This document shows, piece by piece, positions 13,938 to 30,200 of a DNA stretch of 64,000 nucleotides. Source of the DNA: Eledone cirrhosa (Eukaryota); NCBI GenBank assembly GCA_964016885.1, contig OZ024751.1:49910001-49974000 (forward strand). The letters are read 5' to 3'. The translations under genes were made by a program, and so were the position numbers. Position 1 is the first letter of the stretch, and each line of letters begins with the position of its first letter. The notes under the pieces were generated by a model, which was not told the DNA's origin, searched no databases, and worked only from the letters and a program-made list of their open reading frames with translations.

Positions 13938-16377
13938 GCTCTAGTATTAATGTAGAGAGAGATATATGTGGTTAAGAGAGAAAACAGCCGTTACATAGAG
14001 AGAAAAATATCCAGACAAAAACGAGGCAGATTTAAAACACTATGTTTCATCAATGTAAAAAATATCAATTCGTATAAAACAGGCATTATAATGTAAATAT
14101 CAGTATTCATGAATGAGACACGTATCAATAATGTGTGAAAAATAATGATCATATGTCTAGTTTAAAATTCCTAGGTTTATATTAGAGTTGAGATAAAATA
14201 GAAGGTTATCCCAGATTTTATACTATATACATCCATGTGAATTTACGTGATCAGCTCTGCAAATTCCTATTTCACACGAAAACATTCTCATTGTGCTATA
14301 AAAATTCTAGTATACATATATGTGTACATACATACAAATATATCTACATTAATTTTAACAATACTATTCATGTCTTTACTCTACATGATTATCGTTCAAG
14401 CATAAATAGAGAACAGATATCAATATATCAATAAAAATATCAGAAACAAAAAGTAAATAAAAAACAAACAAAATCAAAAAAATCTAGCGTTAGCTAGAGC
14501 AGGATATAGTGATAAAATTATGTACATAGATAATAATAGACAAACTAACCAAAATAACAACAATTTTAATTACGGCAACAACTTTAACAACTATAATAGA
14601 AAGCATTACAATAATTCCAAAAGCCAAAAAAGAAATAGAACTAGGAATATAATATGGTTTGCCCCCCCTTTCTCACTAAACATTAAAACCCACATCGCTA
14701 AACTATTTTTTAATGCTCTTGATAATCGCTTCCCTAGAACACATAGGTATCACTCAATTTTCAATAGACATACTATAAAATTAACCTACTCATCCACCAA
14801 AAATTTAGCACAAAATATTAATAGAATAAATAATAGGAATTTAAAACCTAGCCAAAATACCGATAATAGCATAAATAATATCCAAGTTAACAAATGTAAC
14901 TGTAGAGATAGATCTAAATGTCCGTTAAATAACAATTGCTTAGTTAAAAATATAATATACAACTGTAATGTTAAAACGGACTTAAATCCTTTTAACTATG
15001 TTGGTTCCACCTCGACAGAATTTAAACTTCGCTATAATAACCACAAGAATTCTTTCACAGATCCAAGCAAAAAATCCTCAACATCACTATCAGGCCTACT
15101 CTGGCAACTTAGGCATGATAACGTTGGATATTCAACGGCTTGGAATATAGTCTCAAGAGGGATTCCTTTTAATTCATCCTCTGAGACATGTGACCTCTGC
15201 GCGGAGGAGATATTCTTTATACTAAAATCTAAAAATTCCCTTTATTTACGGACAAATTTATTCAGTTGCTGCAGACATAGATTGAACTCAACTTTTAAAT
15301 ATAAATATAAATTTAAAATGTAGTATATTTAATTTGATTTATAATTATTTATGAAACTCGCCGATAAATCTTTCGATTCCTTTTTATTTTAAACATTCTT
15401 CATGAATAATTAAACTACCCTAAAAGCTGATGCTCCAAATATATCGAATAAATTTTACACTAGATAAACTTCTATATTAAATATAAGACCATCTGTAGAT
15501 CAAATGGGTATCCTAAACTTTTGGAATGTTTTCTGCTAGACAGGATTTGGTAAATAATTTTTGGTTTTGTTTGCTTTTGATTCTGATGCTTATAACGAAC
15601 TTGGCAATATATTGTCAATTAACTTTGAAGGGTTGATCTCTGTGGTTGATTTGCGGGGCATACTATGTTTTATTTTTATTTTAATATTTTTAATATTTTT
15701 AATATTTTTATTTTTAATATCTTTTTGATTTTGTTTGTTTTTTATTTACTTTTTGTTTCTGATATTTTTATTGATATATTGATATCTGTTCTCTATTTAT
15801 GCTTGAACGATAATCATGTAGAGTAAAGACATGAATAGTATTGTTAAAATTAATGTAGACTCTATATATATTTGTATGTATGTACACATATATGTATACT
15901 AGAATTTTTATAGCACAATGAGAATGTTTTCGTGTGAAATAGGAATTTGCAGAGCTGATCACGTAAATTCACATGGATGTATATAGTATAAAATCTGGGA
16001 TAACCTTCTATTTTATCTCAACTCTAATATAAACCTAGGAATTTTAAACTAGACATATGATCATTATTTTTCACACATTATTGATACGTGTCTCATTCAT
16101 GAATACTGATATTTACATTATAATGCCTGTTTTATACGAATTGATATTTTTTACATTGATGAAACATAGTGTTTTAAATCTGCCTCGTTTTTGTCTGGAT
16201 ATTTTTCTCTCTATGTAACGGCTGTTTTCTCTCTTAACCACATATATCTCTCTCTACATTAATACTAGAGCTAAATAAATAAATAAATAAATAAATATAT
16301 CATTGATACGTCATTCAACTGGTGCCCAACTACCTATTTTCTTTCTCTCTATCTCTATCTATATCTATCTCTCTATA

Positions 16378-16426
<49 letters not shown>

Positions 16427-16900
16427 CTTCTCTCTCTCTCTCTCTATCTATCTCCCTCTGTGTTTTTTTCCTCTCTCTATATATCTCTCTCTGTTTCTTT
16501 ACATGAATTTCTTCTCTCTATCTATCTCTCTATATCTATCTCTCTCTATTTAGTTGCATGCATTTCTTCTTTTTCTTCGTTTTTCTTTCTTTCTTTTTAT
16601 AACTGTCCCTAATATTTTTTTCACTACCAAATCAACTTTTCAAATAGAAGTCGAAGTTGAAAGGTATGTCGAATCTATCTATTTATAAGACTGTTTATAT
16701 TGTATTTTGTCTGAAGAAGGCATAACATATTTTTAATATGATATCCCTGAAATATATATAATGAAATAAATATGGTTTTATAAATATAGTTTCCATTTAT
16801 TTAATATCGTAAATATACTCCAAATACTTGTTGAGTGCTTTTATATCAGTTATAAATATTTACTCGTTGTTAACCCAACAATTTAAATAAAACTTTACAT
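13409..16900 (+). mobile_element. 5'-truncated Penelope-like element with ~1.07-kb inverted pseudo-LTRs, in (TA)n
   Basis: 13409-14480 is the reverse complement of 15722-16811. Tail 16812-16900. Internal GIY-YIG ORF. HHR-like motif with CTGAAGA at 16711 and GAAA at 16749. Confidence 0.88.
14520..15323 (+). pseudogene. PLE ORF C-terminal fragment (linker + GIY-YIG endonuclease)
   Basis: IIWFAPPFS, FPRTHRYHSIFNRHTIKLTYS, CNCRDRSKCPLNNNC, IIYNCNV...YVGST..FKLRYNNH, CDLC..E, CRH. Homologous to ORF 38685-39849. Confidence 0.88.
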
Positions 16901-16993
16901 ATATATATATATATATATATATACGGTTACGTAAGGAAGAAACATTGTAAGCCAATAAAAATCTGTTGATGTTGTAGACGCTCTTGTGTTCTT

Positions 16994-17092
<99 letters not shown>

Positions 17093-17104
17093 TATGTATA
17101 TATA

Positions 17105-17505
<401 letters not shown>

Positions 17506-17521
17506 ATATACATATATATAT

Positions 17522-17602
<81 letters not shown>

Positions 17603-17665
17603 ATGGAATACTGTTAGCTTTTCGCTAAAACAATTTCTATACCTTTCATTTATATATATATATAT

Positions 17666-17780
17666 AGAGGGAAAAGTTTAACCCCGACGGCAGGCGCTCA
17701 AGCCGTTTCGACGGCTATTTCTGGACTAGTCCACTTCTCTAAGTATTGAGTACTTTGGTGTGTTATTGTCCATCTGGTTC
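17666..17780 (+). mobile_element. Same mini-element family as 20602, opposite orientation
   Basis: CCCCGACGGC..CTCAAGCCGTTTCGACGGCTATTTCTGGACT followed by the reverse-complemented tail CTAAGTATTGAGTACTTTGGTG...CCTTCGT. Confidence 0.7.
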
Positions 17781-17797
17781 TTTACCCCACTTCCTTC

Positions 17798-17846
<49 letters not shown>

Positions 17847-17989
17847 GAATGAAACAGTTCTAGTCCCGTAGAAGCTTTTCTATATTAAATATATATATAT
17901 TTATATATATATTTATATATATAAATATATATATAAATAAATATATATATAAATATATATATAAATATATATATATATAAATATATATA

Positions 17990-18058
<69 letters not shown>

Positions 18059-19480
18059 CACATTCATCAAATAAGAAATATGAATTATTTCACCATTATA
18101 TGTATGTTGTATTAGTTTTCTCTACATATATGTTATTAATGTGATTCAGTCAAAATGTTTGTCCAAATTTTAGGTTTCTCCTTATTAACTTTTAATTTAA
18201 TTTACTTTATTTCAGCGTCTGTATCTTCACAGGAATTTGTTATTTCGTCTCTTTTCAAATTTAATAATTTTCCACTTTATCAAAATCATCTTAAAAATGA
18301 ATATTTATATATTTTGGAAATACAAGCAGTCTCTAGTTACGAATGACTTTCGCTGCTACGTCTACTTTTATGTCGGCTTTTTTATATAAATCGGAATAGT
18401 TACGTAGTGTTATCATTTGGAATAATTATGTTGATACTGCGCGTCGGTTAGTCACATTTTCATCTCATTTAGTAGTATATGTTTTAACTTAAATATAGTT
18501 TAGTTACTATAAAACACTAATAATACGACGAACCGTTAAAACCCAATAATGTGTTGATATGTACCGCCTTATATTTCATCGGTTTATTTGTAATTCTACT
18601 TTGTTCATTATAACAGACTCTTGTAGGAGAGTTCCTCGAAGAGCATTGTTTGTGTTAGATTTTCATTCGGTTGATCACCGATTTCGGTTTGTCTATAATG
18701 TCCTAAACTTTATATATAAACTGTAGCTAATAACATACTCATCCATTATGCCACATATGATGACCAGAGAGCCAAAACGCTCAAAATATGATAGAAATAT
18801 AACTACACTCGCTAAATATAGCTCCACATATACTGTCGAAGATTGAGATTAATTGTCACAAACATCGTAATTATTTTAATAACAACTCCACTCAGATGGT
18901 CTCACATATCCTTCTCATAAATTTCTACATTGTTTCAGATGGTTTCTCATTTCCATCTCCAAAATTCCCAAATGATTTTAGTGGGCTTCATATTACATTC
19001 CCATACGTTTTCTAAAACATATCTAAACAACAACAGATAGATAAATATATAAAATTAGTCCTGATTCCGTGGGTGGCTGTGTTGTTGTTTTTTTCTGTCT
19101 GGGATTAGAGCTAATAATATCAAATATCATAGACATATATATTATAAATTATAATATTTGTGCTTAATATAGAATAACACGAGATAGATAATTCATGAAA
19201 TATATGATATAACAATTTAATAACATATATGGATGTTGAATGAGGGAAGAATAAAAACAACTTAAATTGCTGAAGAAAATATACTTGTCAGATTAATTAC
19301 TGAAGTGTGCATGCTGGCGAGAAATCTAAGACCTCGCAGTCCAGGAACAAATGTATCCTTTAATTCTACACGTATCTATGGTATTATTTTTGTAATTATT
19401 TTGCAAAATACTTGGTGTGAAATCGTATGATGAGACATATATTGTAATACATCGTGAGGACCAATAAAAACAAACGCACA

Positions 19481-20001
19481 GGCAGTAATGGCAGAGGGGC
19501 GGCGGCCATGATTTGTAGCATAGATATACGGCCCTTTATGATCTGAGTTCAAATCCCGCCGAGGTTAACTTTGCCTTTCATCCTTACGAGGTCGATAAAA
19601 TAAAGTACCAGTAATGCACTGGTTTAATTGCTGGCCTTGTGCCAAAAATAGAAACAATTCAAATCCTGGCAAAGTCTCTTTGAATGTTGTTCTTCCGAAG
19701 CAATAAAATAAACTGCCAGTTGCAGGTAGTCGATGTCATGACCCCCCCCCCCCGCCCCCCACTATTCCTCACTCTGACTCAGCTAGAAATTATTATTACT
19801 TAAATATAAAGGGCGGTGAATTGGCAGTATCGGTAGAGGGTCGGACGCCATGCTTTGACGTATAGAGTTACAGCCCTTGCCATTCTGTGTTCAAATCCCG
19901 CCGTGGTTAACTTTGCCTTTCATCCTTACGGGGTCGATAAAATAAAGTACCAGTAATTATACTGGGTAATTGCTGGCCTTGTGCCAAAAGTAGAAACAAT
20001 T
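19481..20001 (+). mobile_element. Two SINE copies (19481-19659; 19811-20001)
   Basis: Family match. The second copy has TSD TTACTTAAATATAA at 19796 and 20003. Confidence 0.88.
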
Positions 20002-20201
20002 GTTACTTAAATATAATGATTAATCTAGTCAACGGTGAGTCATGTAGTAGATGAGTAGGTGTTTAACTGTCAGATTTATATTATCAAAGCTCTTTCATCA
20101 CATATTTTGTGACCTTCCCAATAATTATTCTTTCTCTCAGTGTCTTCGTCGTCGTTTAGATTTTTATTTATTTAGTTCATATTGTACACACACGCACACG
20201 C

Positions 20202-20261
<60 letters not shown>

Positions 20262-20496
20262 GTCTGTGTGTGTGTGTGTGTGTGTGTCTGTGCATATATA
20301 AATAGTTAACTAGGGGTGGGTATGTATGTATATAAGTTCCGGTTAATATAGATATGCGATCCAAATTAAAATACGTAAATTACAATTTACTCTCTTAAAA
20401 TCAGAGATGAGCATTGAGCTTGTAACACACGCACGCCCCCGCACACACTCTCTCTCTCACAAACACACACACACCCTCACTCATACACACACACAC

Positions 20497-20565
<69 letters not shown>

Positions 20566-20601
20566 TACATATATTTATTTATTTACATATATATATATAA
20601 A

Positions 20602-20806
20602 ACGAAGGAGTTGTGGTAAGAAACCAGATGGACCATAAAGCGCCAGAGTACTCAATACTTAGGGTAATAGAGTGGGTAATAGGAAAATGTATGACCCCGA
20701 CGGCAGAGCTCAAGCCGTTTCGACGACTATTTCTGGACTGAAATTTAGTCCAGAAATAGCCGTCGAAACGGCTTGAGCTCTACCGTCGGGGTCATATATT
20801 TTCCTA
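20602..20806 (-). mobile_element. Multi-copy fold-back mini-element family, copy with the longest palindrome
   Basis: Palindrome 20680-20806, tail 20602-20679 (ACGAAGG...GTACTCAATACTTAGGGTA). (TA)n flanks. Confidence 0.75.
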
Positions 20807-20833
20807 TATATATATATATATTTATATACACAT

Positions 20834-20881
<48 letters not shown>

Positions 20882-21209
20882 ATATATGTGTGTGTATGCA
20901 TATATATATAAATGTATATATTAAATATGTGTGTGTGTGTGTGTGTATTTTTGTATATATGTTTATATATATGTATGTATATATGTATGATAGTATAGGA
21001 GTAACGGTGGACTATTAATGACTCCATAGTCAGCGGAACTGGGCTGAAGGTGAACTATAGATGAGAAGAAGTTAGATACAAACTGCTGTAATCAATAGTT
21101 GTTTATGGCAAGGTTATTGCATGAATTATTCATCATTCGGCTGTATTTATAGATAGCACACTGTGAGTTGCTTCTTACCATGACGTAGCGCAAATTAATA
21201 TCCTCAATT

Positions 21210-21258
<49 letters not shown>

Positions 21259-21333
21259 AATTTATACATATATACTCATATATATACACACACACACATA
21301 TATATATCTATACATATATATATATGTATGTAT

Positions 21334-21960
<627 letters not shown>

Positions 21961-22417
21961 TTTTATGCTGTCGTTGTTATTGTTGTTGCTGTTTTGTCGT
22001 CGTCTGTTTTGATATATTTCGATTAATAATGATCTGTTAGGCAGGCAAGATAAACGGATATTATTTCTCGAATAGCCTCTCTCACTTCTCCATCTCTTTT
22101 TATGTGATTTTCACTGACATCCCTCTATCTGAATCAGTATTCCTCTCACCTACACCCTATCTTTACTTCTGAATACTCCTTCCACTGACCCTATCTATCT
22201 ATCTGTCTTTATATACCTCTCTCAAGCATCTTCGCTATCTATCCTTATACTTCTCTCATTGACAATTAAATTATCTGTCTTTCTTTATTCTCTTTTCCCT
22301 GATACTCTATCTATGTTTATACTCTATTACCTAACGTCCTGTCGTCTGCTCTCAGTATTTATACCTTCTCATTGCCATTCTCTCTTTACTCGTCTCTTAC
22401 TGGCACACACACACGCA

Positions 22418-22448
<31 letters not shown>

Positions 22449-22494
22449 TCCCTCTATATACCTATCTATCTATTTATCTATCTATCTATATCTA

Positions 22495-22555
<61 letters not shown>

Positions 22556-22604
22556 ATATGTGTGTGTATGCGTGTCTATACACCTCTCACTACAACACGG
22601 CCTC

Positions 22605-22789
22605 TGTGGATTGGCAGTATCGGTAGAGGGTCGGACGCCATGCTTTCCAGCATAGTTACGTCCCTTTACGATCTAAGTTCAAATCCCGCCGAGGTTAACT
22701 TTGCCTTTCATCCTTACGGGTCGATAAAATAAAGTACCAGTAATACACTGGTTAATTGCTGGCCTTGTGCCAAAAGTAGAAACAATTAT
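22605..22789 (+). mobile_element. SINE
   Basis: Family match. Confidence 0.88.
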
Positions 22790-23665
22790 ATGAATTTACA
22801 TTTTCTCCTTTAACAATCTATCCACCACTTCATTTGTTTTCCACCCTCAACCTCTCATACCCTATCATCTTTTCTCTTGTTCTCTCTTCATTGGTTTATC
22901 CCTATCTATTTAGATATCCATCTTTCTATATCTCTCTCCTCTCACTCGCTCTTTCTTTCTCGCACTGAATCTCTTACTATCAGCCATACCTTTTGAAAAA
23001 CAAACGAGCACACAAAACCATCACATCGTTCAGAACGGAAATATATTGCCATTACTTACAAAAGAAATGGCGACCGCTTATATGTATCTGTCCACTAGTA
23101 TATTCTACCGTCCATTTAATATTCACAAATGATACCGAGATTACGTTTAATAGTATCTATTTACTTCTAGAATGCTTGTCGACAAGAAAATATTGTGATC
23201 TGTACACTATACATGGAAATGATATTTCACTGACAGGAAAAATTAGGGGGTGGAGGAAGAAAGGAATAATAGGAATTCTTTCTGTAGTTATGGTAATGGT
23301 TCTAAACATCAATTAGAGCATCTGTAATAGAGGATTAAATTGTTCTGAAATGATATGGTTTGGTATTAGTTCTATAATGCAACGAGTAATACTTGTCTGG
23401 TTTTAGTTAGTAATGTTATAATCTGAATCTTTTTTAAAATTTCGGTCTGCAATTTTTCAAAGATTTAAATTAAGTGTCCATGATATTTTTAAAAACTCTG
23501 ACAGTTGTCGGCAAAAGAACTGAAAGAAATTATGAATTATGTATTAATTTTTAACAACTAATTTGATCCCTGCATGTAGCATAACTAGAAGATCACTGAG
23601 CGATGTTAGGACTGTCGCGAATTAGGAGACGCCCAATGTGTTACACGCGGTTCAAGCTTCTATTT

Positions 23666-23710
<45 letters not shown>

Positions 23711-23869
23711 TGTTTATGTGTGTGTGAGCGTATGTGTGTGTACGTGTGTGTGTCTGTGTGTGTGTGTCTGTTTATGTGAGTGTGAGCGTATGTGTGTGTA
23801 AGTGTGTATGTGTGTGTGTGTGTGCGTGCGTGTGTGTGTATGTGTGTGTGTGTGCGTGTGTGTGTGTGC

Positions 23870-24631
23870 GTTTTGAGTTCGAAGAATAAGTTACTCAACA
23901 ATAAAATCGAAAGATCAATTTATTGTAACCATAGACTCAAAGAAAGGTTTTCGCACTACAAGTGCAAATCGAACCCTTAACCTCCTACTACCACCTGACA
24001 AACTTATTGTATCTAACCCCTTTAATTACCCACAAAAACCAATACCTATATCCCTCCCTTCTCCTTCATTCCTTTTCTATTTCTTTTCGTTTTCTTCCTT
24101 TCTTCTCTCCCCTTTTTGGCTATCTTTTCTTTTCTTCTTCCCCCCCCCCCCCCACCCTTCTTTATTTTTATTTTTTACTTTTATTTGTTATATATATATA
24201 TATATATATATATATCTTCCCCTCTCTCTCTCTCTTCCCATCCCTCCCACTATAAACAATTTAATTCTCTTTAACTCACTACACTCTAAATCGACGATAT
24301 GAAGTCTACGTATCAAAACTGATCAAGGAATCCTTCCGCCTCTACCCCTCCCTCCATCTCAGTTTGTCACTCTACTACCTAACTCTTCTCCCCCTTCCTC
24401 TCTCTCTCTATAATAGTAAATACAATTCCAAAAAAATGTGTTTCTCTATATATTAAGAACTTTTTTAAGAGTAACTTACTCACTATTTTGAAAATGTGGA
24501 CGTGAACAACAATTATCATTGAGTGGCTGCTATTTGCAGTATAGCAATATAAGGTTGCACTTACCAATGAAACGGTCGTAAATACCTGGATAAAATCATT
24601 TTTTTAATGCTTACCTGTGTTTTCTCTTTTA

Positions 24632-24636
<5 letters not shown>
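23870..24636 (+). mobile_element. Heavily truncated PLE 3' end (last codons, 3' UTR, degenerate HHR, tail)
   Basis: LSSKNKLLNNKIERSIYCNHRLKERF resembles the C-termini of the two PLE ORFs (LN.K.E....C.H). TATT-TTGAAAA (24484-24494)...GAAACGGTCGTA-AATA (24569-24584). Ends in (TA)n. Confidence 0.6.
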
Positions 24637-24662
<26 letters not shown>

Positions 24663-25025
24663 AGAGAGAGAGATATGTAGAATGAGAGAGAGAGGGGGAA
24701 GAGAGAGAGTGAATCGATGTTTAATAACTACGAAAATAATTTGATCAATCTAAGTAGGTTAAGTGATTGGTTTTAAAGCCCAACTGACATTGCCAATTGT
24801 ATGTTCCGAATTCCAATTGATCTGATTGGTTTATTGGTTTTTTTCTTAATGCAACTGTATTAGTAAGATTATCGATTCTTAATCTTTGTTTTGACAACTC
24901 GTAGATATTTATCGATCTTTGTCGATATTCTCTTAGATATCGTTTCATGTAAAGTACATTTTATGTTTTGAATGTTTTTAGTCGTTACTTTACTTCTTTA
25001 CACACACACATACACATACATACAC

Positions 25026-25178
<153 letters not shown>

Positions 25179-25179
25179 C

Positions 25180-25246
<67 letters not shown>

Positions 25247-25301
25247 ATACATATATATATATATACATATGTATATATCTATATATTTATATGTACATTT
25301 G

Positions 25302-25371
<70 letters not shown>

Positions 25372-25460
25372 CATATATATATACATATAAATATATATAC
25401 ATATATATGTATATATATATACATATACATATATGCGCACATATATTTACTTTTATATAT

Positions 25461-25558
<98 letters not shown>

Positions 25559-25791
25559 ATATACATGTATATTTAATCTCCTGTGTATCTTTCAATGTTA
25601 TTCAACATGCTTCAATGGATGTTGATTGTTTTCCATTTCTAATTCTTTCGTTCTATTATTTTTTATTCAAATATAAACATTCGTACAACTACATTTCCTC
25701 CCACACACACACGTGCATGTATGTGTATATGTATTTATATATATATGTACATACATCGTATAAATATATATATTGTAGGCATGTATGTGTG

Positions 25792-25837
<46 letters not shown>

Positions 25838-25986
25838 CACACATATATATATGCATATATGTGTGTATATATATATATGTATACATATACATATATATAT
25901 ACGTATATATATATGTATAGATATACATATATATATACATATATATATACATATATATGTATATATATATATATATGTAATATGTA

Positions 25987-26060
<74 letters not shown>

Positions 26061-26269
26061 TCATATGTGAGATGTCTGAATATTTGAGTGCATATGCTGC
26101 CGGCTGTTAGTATGTTCACATAGAAATTTGGAACACCAGATATTGTATGAAGGGTTGCTAAAACAAAAAATCCAATATAAATATGCCATGCCATATCTAT
26201 CATACATACAGACCTAATTTACAACATATATATCAAAAAACAAAACCAAGAATAACAACAACAGCGACG

Positions 26270-26368
<99 letters not shown>

Positions 26369-26710
26369 GACCTGGAGATAGAGATTGGAAAAATGTGGAA
26401 GTTGAGAACTAAAAGAATACCAGTGGTTGTAGTTGCTCAAGGAATGATACCTAAGGGGTCTAATGATTACTTATCCCAAATCCCAGGAAACTCGCGTATA
26501 GAAGAAATACAAAAGATAGTACTAATGGGAACTGCCCATATACTAAGGAAGATTCTCTCAATTTAAATACATCGTAGGTATAAACACTTAAAGATACATG
26601 TATGCGTGTATGTGTTCTTTCTTGAAAATGGCGGACTTAGTTGTCTCTTGTGGTCACTGGTTGTGACTTGGTGATAACTCGTATAACTTGGTGATAAAGC
26701 AAGATAAATG
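26369..26710 (+). mobile_element. Dong/R4-clade 3' fragment, second family
   Basis: DLEIEIGKMWKLRTKRIPVVV..GMIPKG...IQKIVLMGTAHILRKILS, following (TAA)n. Confidence 0.78.
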
Positions 26711-26723
26711 AGAAAAAAAAATA

Positions 26724-26776
<53 letters not shown>

Positions 26777-26800
26777 TAATAAAAATAACATCAATAGTAA

Positions 26801-26935
26801 TAATTGTTTCTACTATTGGTACAAGGCCAGCAATTACCCAGTACATTACTGGTACTTTATTTTATCGGCCCCGTAAGGATGAAAGGCAAAGTTAACCTTG
26901 GCGGGATTTGAACTCAGAATGGCAAGGGCCATAAC
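26801..26935 (-). mobile_element. 5'-truncated SINE in (AAT)n next to the Tx1 3' end
   Basis: Family match. Confidence 0.85.
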
Positions 26936-27218
26936 AACAATAATAATAATAATAATAATAATAATTATGCTTTCTTTATTAACCACAAGGGTTTACATAA
27001 AGTAGACATTAAGGACAGTACAGGACAATACAGGGCGGTACAAATGGGCATTTCTGCATGTAAAAAACAAGAAACAGAGGATGTAATAATAGAACAATGA
27101 AAAAATTCCCCAATAGGGGGGAGACTTCCGAGGGACATTCGTGGAGAAAGCCCATTAAAAATCCACAGTGACCCTGACCACCAGGGCAAGTGTCCTCTGC
27201 CAGTTTTCCACCTTTAAT

Positions 27219-30200
27219 TTACAGACACATACTCTGAGTAGGCCCATTCACTCGGGCCATTCTTGCCTCTCTCACCCATCTTTCAACAAAATGCTGGGAA
27301 GAGAGCACTTCCCTTTCTACCCTGATTTTCCTTTTCAATTGAAATTTGAAAAAGCTAATCAGGGCATCACCGAAGAGGTAAGTGCTCGTCTTCAGCCCTT
27401 TCAAACGTGTCTACCATACTATCTCTTTCGCCATAGCCCCCAGACAGATAAAAACTGCCTGCCCTTCCCGGCTAAAGAAGAGGGCGGGGCAATCCTCACG
27501 ATGGACTCAGCTGATAGCTGGATCCGTCCCACACGCGACAGCAGGTGTTCGACATAAACCCACAAGTCAGCAATGTTCGGACACTGGACGAGTGCGTGCA
27601 GGACGGTTTCGTCGCCCTGCGCGCATCTCGGACATTCCCAGCTGACGGCACCTCCATGCCTGTAGAGTTTATCCCGAACTGACAAAGCACTTCGGTAGCA
27701 CTGCCAGGCCAGGGATTTCTGGAAGTTGTCCATAGGCCCCGACCCGAAAGTTCTTCCGAAGAGATTGGCTAGTTGATTTTCGTCAACGCCTAGAGTTTCC
27801 CAAAGTACGTCGTCGCAATCCCCCCCTAATCCTCTATAGAACGCCAAGGTGGAGTTTCCACCGATCACATTGCCCGATTGGTCGAGGGCTGTGAGCGCCG
27901 AAGACATTCCAGTCTCCAAGCGCTCCCTCTCGGTCTTCGCTTGACCCAGGACTGCAGCTCCGCCAAGGAGACGAGCTGGGGAAAGACGTGTCTAGCAAAC
28001 GAAGACCACACCTGATCACCGTCGAGGAAGACGTGGAGATGTCGTAGCCTGAGCGCGTGTCTGCGCATCATCAGCCACGGCATTCCTAGCCCTCCACGTA
28101 GCGGGTGTTGACAGCAGATGGACCGCCTGATCATCGGAGTGCGTCCCTTCCACAAAAAGCGAAAGAGCAAGCGCTCCAGCGCAGTCAGGCGGGGCTTAGG
28201 ACAAGGTACGACGGTCAGGCGGTAGTAGATGACGGACGCGATAAACGCGTTAGCCACCTCCGCTCGACCTTTCACGGATAGCTTCCTCTCGGCCGATTTC
28301 TGGGTGAGAGAAGCCGCCCTGCTTGTCACCTCGTCCCAGTTTTTGTCCGTCTGGAGATCCGGACCGAACCAGACCCCTAGCAATTTAACCGGTCCGTCCG
28401 TCCAGTGCCCGACGACGCTGTTGCACGGCATGGACCTGCCTCTCCAGGTGCCGAGCTGCAGGCCCACTGACTTTTCCTGGTTGATCATTGCTCCTGTCAC
28501 CGCTTCGTATTCTCTTAGTGTAGTGCCGATCGCCTCGATGTGTTTGGCATTCGACACCACTACGGTCACATCGTCCGCATATGCTGACACGGATCTTCCG
28601 CATCCCAGTTCGCGCGGGACCCCCCTCAACGTCTCCAGTTTGTGCAGTAATGGCTCGAGAGTTAATATGTACAAGAGGGACGAGAGGGGACATCCTTGGC
28701 GGACCGAGCGCATGATGTTGAACGGTTCCGAAAGGTCACCGTTCACTCTCACCACAGAGCAGATGTCGCTGTGCATGGCAGCGATCCAGCCTCTGAAGAC
28801 GGGCACAACGCCAGCCGCCCTCAGTACTGCGGCTAGGTAACGATGGTCGACCCTATCGAAAGCTTTCGACTGATCTAAATTGATCAAGGACCCACCCGTG
28901 CCAGGTTCCCTAGCTACCCTCTCTACGATGTATCGCATGAGGTGGAGGTTGTCGTGGATGGATCTGTCGGGAATGGCGCAAGTCTGCGCCTCTCCCACCA
29001 GACCACCAACGACAAGCGCCAACCTCTTTGCTAGCACCTTGGCCAAAATCTTGAACTCTGTTGTTAACAGAGTTATGGACCTAAAATTATCTATGTTATC
29101 CCCCTTGTTCGGATCCTTTCTCAGCAGCGCCACAGCTCCTCGGCTCACAGAGCTGGGAATTCTCCCGTTCTGTTGCCAGTTGCAGTAGACGTCCGCCAAG
29201 AAGCCTCGGAATAAGTCTGGCATCTGTACGTAAAGTTCATAGGGCAGACCATCCAAATCCAGGCGATTTACCCCTTGTGCAGCTAGTCATTGCCTCCCGT
29301 ACTTCAGCGGCTGTTATCGGCTTTTCGCAACACTCCGCCTCAGTGGCCGAGAGCCGCGGCAGTCCGTCGAGGTAGACACTAAAGTCCATCCCTCGATCCG
29401 GCCCACCGCTTCCCCCGAACAACTGAGCAAATTGTCGCTGACAAGCTTCACACATTTGCCCGGGATCGAGTAGCATGCGCCCGTCGTGGTCCACCAAAGA
29501 CCAGATCGTGGCTTTGTTGCCACGACGCGCCTCCGCCACTCGGGCCCATTGAACGGCTTTCGTTCCCTCGTGTCTGAGAGCACGCACCCTAGCTCTGACA
29601 ACGCAGCCTTCGTGCTTTGCATTGAAGAATTGGTCAAGGGCCAATTTCGCCGCAAGTACGTCGGTCGCGATGCCTTTGCTAAGCGGCTCGTCTAATTTTC
29701 TAACTAATTCTCCCTCTGCTCTATTTTTCTCTATTGCTAAAGCCTTACTAAATCTAATGGACTCTATTCTAATTGCTCTTTTCAGAGCAAACCACCACTT
29801 GTTGTTGACGATGGCCCCCGTCAACGCCCGCTTAACTAGTTCGCTAATCCGGTCTCTGTAGGCCTTGCGCGCTGGTAAGGACGCGTTTAGCTTCCAGTAG
29901 CCGGGTCCTCGTCTATGAAGCCTATCTAAGTCAAGCACACAGATCACGAATTTGTGGTCCGTGTAGCTGACTATCTTGAATTGTGGACAGCCGATGCTAG
30001 GCCTATCTATTTCTCTACAAAATACTCTATCCGGATACGATCTGGATGACCCTATGCGATTTGTCCAAGTCCACATTGGCACATTCGGGAAATCCAATCG
30101 GTACCTGTCAGACAGTTCAAAACGCCTGAGCAGGTTGGTGAGGCTCTTGCACCCTCCTCCCCTATCCGCTAATCCCACACAGTCCCAGCGTGCATCTAAG

